Shown here piece after piece: positions 60,714-64,000 of a stretch of 64,000 nucleotides of DNA. Position 1 is the first letter of the stretch. Every line of letters begins with the position of its first letter. The stretch is from positions 23,002,001 to 23,066,000 of the forward strand of contig OZ024762.1 in NCBI GenBank assembly GCA_964016885.1. The letters are read 5' to 3'. The notes beneath the pieces were generated by a model. It was given only the letters and a program-made list of their open reading frames with translations, ran no database searches and was not told the DNA's origin. Source of the DNA: Eledone cirrhosa. Its lineage: Eukaryota. Made by a program: the position numbers and the translations under genes.

Positions 60714-60747
<34 letters not shown>

Positions 60748-60786
60748 GTAAGTATATATGTATGTATACATGTATGTATGTATGTA

Positions 60787-60858
<72 letters not shown>

Positions 60859-60959
60859 TGTATATGTGTGTATGTATATATATATATGTATTCATGCATA
60901 TATGTATAGGACGTCTCCAAAATGGAAGAGTTTAAAGACAGAAACAATAGAGCGAATTT

Positions 60960-61022
<63 letters not shown>

Positions 61023-61130
61023 AAGCAGACGCATACAGAGACGCTTATACACACACACACACATATATAAACCGCACACATAAATACATATATATTATAT
61101 ATATACATAAACATACACACACATACACAC
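60250..61130. repeat. Nested inverted repeats in microsatellite DNA
   Basis: TAAGCGTCT..GTATGCGTCTGCTTATAT (60330) pairs with ATATAAGCAGACGCATAC..AGACGCTTA (61019). TGTCTTTAAACTCTTCCATTTTGGA (60452) pairs with TCCAAAATGGAAGAGTTTAAAGACA (60916). Confidence 0.75.
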
Positions 61131-61189
<59 letters not shown>

Positions 61190-61433
61190 GTTTGTTTTAG
61201 TTAGTTTTTTATATATACACCGTCTCAATATCAAAGAATATCTAAGAGAATTAATATGAAGTAGCGAAATTGGATAATATCATTTTTGTCATTTATTACA
61301 AAGAACATTATATTCCGTTTATATTGGCGGTATTATACTAAATAAGTTGCTTGCTCTCTGCTAACTGTCTCTCTCTTGTTCTCTCTGTCTATCTCTCTCT
61401 CTCTCTCTTGTGTTCTCTCTGTCTCTCTCTCAC

Positions 61434-61483
<50 letters not shown>

Positions 61484-61513
61484 TCTCTGTCTATCTCTCT
61501 CTCTCTTTCTTGT

Positions 61514-61571
<58 letters not shown>

Positions 61572-62379
61572 TGTTTCTCTCTCTGCTTTCTCACTCACTC
61601 TCTCTCTCTCTCTCTCTCTGCTTTCTCTGATTTCCCCCTCTCTCTCTCTGTCTCTGTTTCTATCTCTCTCTTTCTCGCTCTGTCTTTCTCTCTCTCGCTC
61701 TTTCTCTCTCTCTGCCCCCCCCTCTCTCTCTCTCTCTATCTATCTCGCTCTCTCCCACTATCTCTCTCTCTCTATATATATATATATAATATATATACAT
61801 GTGTGTATATGTCTGTGTAAATATATATATATATATATAAATATATATATATATACATGTGTGTACATGTGTGTATATATATGTATATATATGTGTGTGT
61901 GTGTGTATGTGTGTATCTGGTGTGTTTATGAGTGTTTTATTTTTCGATTATATATTGGTTGACAAATTTTTATTTGTTTGTTCGTTTTTGTCATAGAGGT
62001 GGCGTGGGCGGGAGAGGGCTGTAATGTTAACTTCCTTTTACGTGAAAATTACTATAGAGAAAATACACTGGCGTAGGAAGTCCATTATTATTCGTGGTTC
62101 TCAATTGTTTTGTTTTTCTACTTCGTCTCACTCTTTCACTCTTTCACTCATCATTACTGTCTCGACGTTGTTAACGAATGTTTACGAAGTTATATCGGCT
62201 GTCCTCGTGTTTTGTAGGCTCGTTGCTGGCTGACGAGACCAACGTAGGTGAAACAAGATCGACCGCTGCACCTTCTTTTTTTTTCGTCCTTTCCCACTTA
62301 TTCCTGAGAGTGTCATGGGAGCACAGTCCCCAAGCCCTCCTTCCAGTGGGCCCTGTCATACATACACACATACATACAT

Positions 62380-62610
62380 GATGGCTGCCCCCTCGTTATC
62401 GAGTATGACCATTGCACGTTATACCATTATTAATAATTATTAATTAATACTATCGTGCAATGCCTGTGCGTGAATATATTTTTTTTAAGTGAGGAAAGAC
62501 TGTGCACTGAGCCAATCCCACCTGATTTGCCTTGTCCTAGAAGAATGTCCTTGACAAAGGTTAGGGGTCCTTCACTCCCAGTGGTTTAACTGCGCGATCG
62601 GGTGTCCAGC
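62380..62610 (-). mobile_element. Shorter relative of the RTE-derived non-autonomous element
   Basis: Shares GATGGCTGCC..CTCGTT.TCGAGTA.G.CCA, GCAATGCCTGTGCGTGAA and CCTTGACAAAGG.TAGGGGTC with 48631-49030. Confidence 0.6.
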
Positions 62611-62760
62611 CCGACCCTTTCTATCTCCCCGCGCATATACATACACATGCACCCATGTATATACACATATACATATACATACATATATATATATATATAT
62701 ATAAAAAATAAAAAATAAAAAATATATATATATATATATATTTTTTATTTTTTATTTTTT

Positions 62761-62816
<56 letters not shown>

Positions 62817-62934
62817 GAAGGAAGTGTGGTAAGTAACCCGGTGGACGATAAAGCACCAAAGTACTCGATACTGGGTAGTTCAGACCTAGCTGTCGAAACG
62901 GCCGGAGCTCAGCCGTGGGGATCCTGACTATTTT

Positions 62935-62973
<39 letters not shown>

Positions 62974-62974
62974 T

Positions 62975-63555
62975 TCTTTTTTGTCCACTTAATCCTGAAA
63001 GAGTCGTGAGTGCAAAGTCCTCAAACACTAACTGGGTCTTGTCATAACAAACTTCTCCAACTGATCCGGTTTGATTCCCAGGCGTGACCTGCCTAGATCA
63101 TGAATGATATCTAATCATCTTGCTCGGGGTCTACCCTTGAGTCTCCTACCGGTTGGTTATGCCCGTAAAATATATCCAGCAATTATTTCCTGAGACATTC
63201 TAACCCTATGCCCATAGTATCGGAGCTGTGATCTCTCAATTCAGAGAAGTAGCAGCTCTACCTGGAGTGACTTACTGATCTCCAAGCTACAATTTTGTCC
63301 AGTGATCTGTCCTGAGACATTCTAACCACATGTCCATAGTATCGGAGCTGTGATCTCTCAATTCAGAGAAGTAGCAGCTCTACCTGGAGTAACTCTCTGA
63401 TCTCCAAGCTACAATCCTGTCCAGTGATCTGTCCTGAGACATTCTAACCACATGTCCGTAGTATCGGAGCTGTGATCTCTCAATTCAGAGAAGTAGCAGC
63501 TCTACCTGGAGTGACTTACTGATCTCCAAGCTAAGCATTCTTTCGAGTAACTATC
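62975..63555 (-). mobile_element. RTE-like LINE 3' fragment with three tandem ~120 bp copies
   Basis: CCTGAGACATTCTAACC..GTATCGGAGCTGTGATCTCTCAATTCAGAGAAGTAGCAGCTCTACCTGGAG at ~63190, 63311 and 63433. Confidence 0.75.
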
Positions 63556-64000
63556 TATAGGGAAAACATATATATTTTGTTGTCCTCTCCGTGGTTTTCC
63601 TCTGCCACGAAATGCCGAAGGCATAGAGGGCCACGTCAGGATTTGAAAGTAAAATCTTAAAGAGGCCATTGCAAAATACCCCCAAAAACTCATTGTTCGA
63701 TGCTCAAACAATTCTGTCAAAAAATCCACCTTCACTGGTCCTTTCCCACCTTCGCTCACCCATTCATTTAGTATTCTATTCAAGTGATTCCTAAATGCCA
63801 TTTTGGTGAGGTGGTCCGGAATATCGGTGGAGTATATCTTAACATTGGAGGAAAATTCGAATCAAGAATATAAAACAAACAAATTAACAAAAACAACAAC
63901 AGGAAAAATAATGAAGTTTTCTAAGTTAAAATATGGCGAACAAATATATTTAGTTGAAAAAAAATATACACAAGAATTATTATTATCATTTTTTTTGTTG

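Noticed and set aside
62225-62270. CTGACGA-GACC..GGT-GAAAC hammerhead-like motif
   Set aside because: Position 16.1 is not U and stem I is imperfect. At best it is a decayed copy.
63502-63801. 99 aa non-repetitive ORF as a possible host exon
   Set aside because: No recognisable domain or convincing splice sites, and it runs into an RTE fragment.

Overview
This is a very AT-rich, microsatellite-saturated animal genomic window with no supportable host protein-coding gene. The repeat content resembles an octopus/coleoid cephalopod, which is an inference. Almost all ORFs in the track are translations of (TA)n/(CA)n/(TATG)n DNA. The real content is retroelements. (1) A nearly intact Penelope-like element (PLE; RT plus C-terminal GIY-YIG, probably Hydra clade) at about 39.4-46.9 kb, minus strand, as a partial tandem whose pseudo-LTR carries a type I hammerhead ribozyme (HHR) and kilobases of compound microsatellite. 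(2) At least five distinct non-coding HHR-bearing or HHR-half-bearing families inserted in (TA)n. Two of them are tandem-unit, retrozyme-like elements (591 bp unit with a U3-A8 core-variant HHR; 557 bp unit with two complete HHRs) that bracket the PLE and share short motifs. (3) Decayed Tx1/L1-like, CR1-like, RTE-like and R4/Dong-like LINEs, tRNA-derived SINEs and MITEs. (4) A G-rich, A-depleted repeat copy that looks like a retrotransposed ADAR-hyperedited RNA. (5) A 200-N gap with duplicated flanks. All RNA structures were folded by eye, and family names rest on motif recognition, not database searches.
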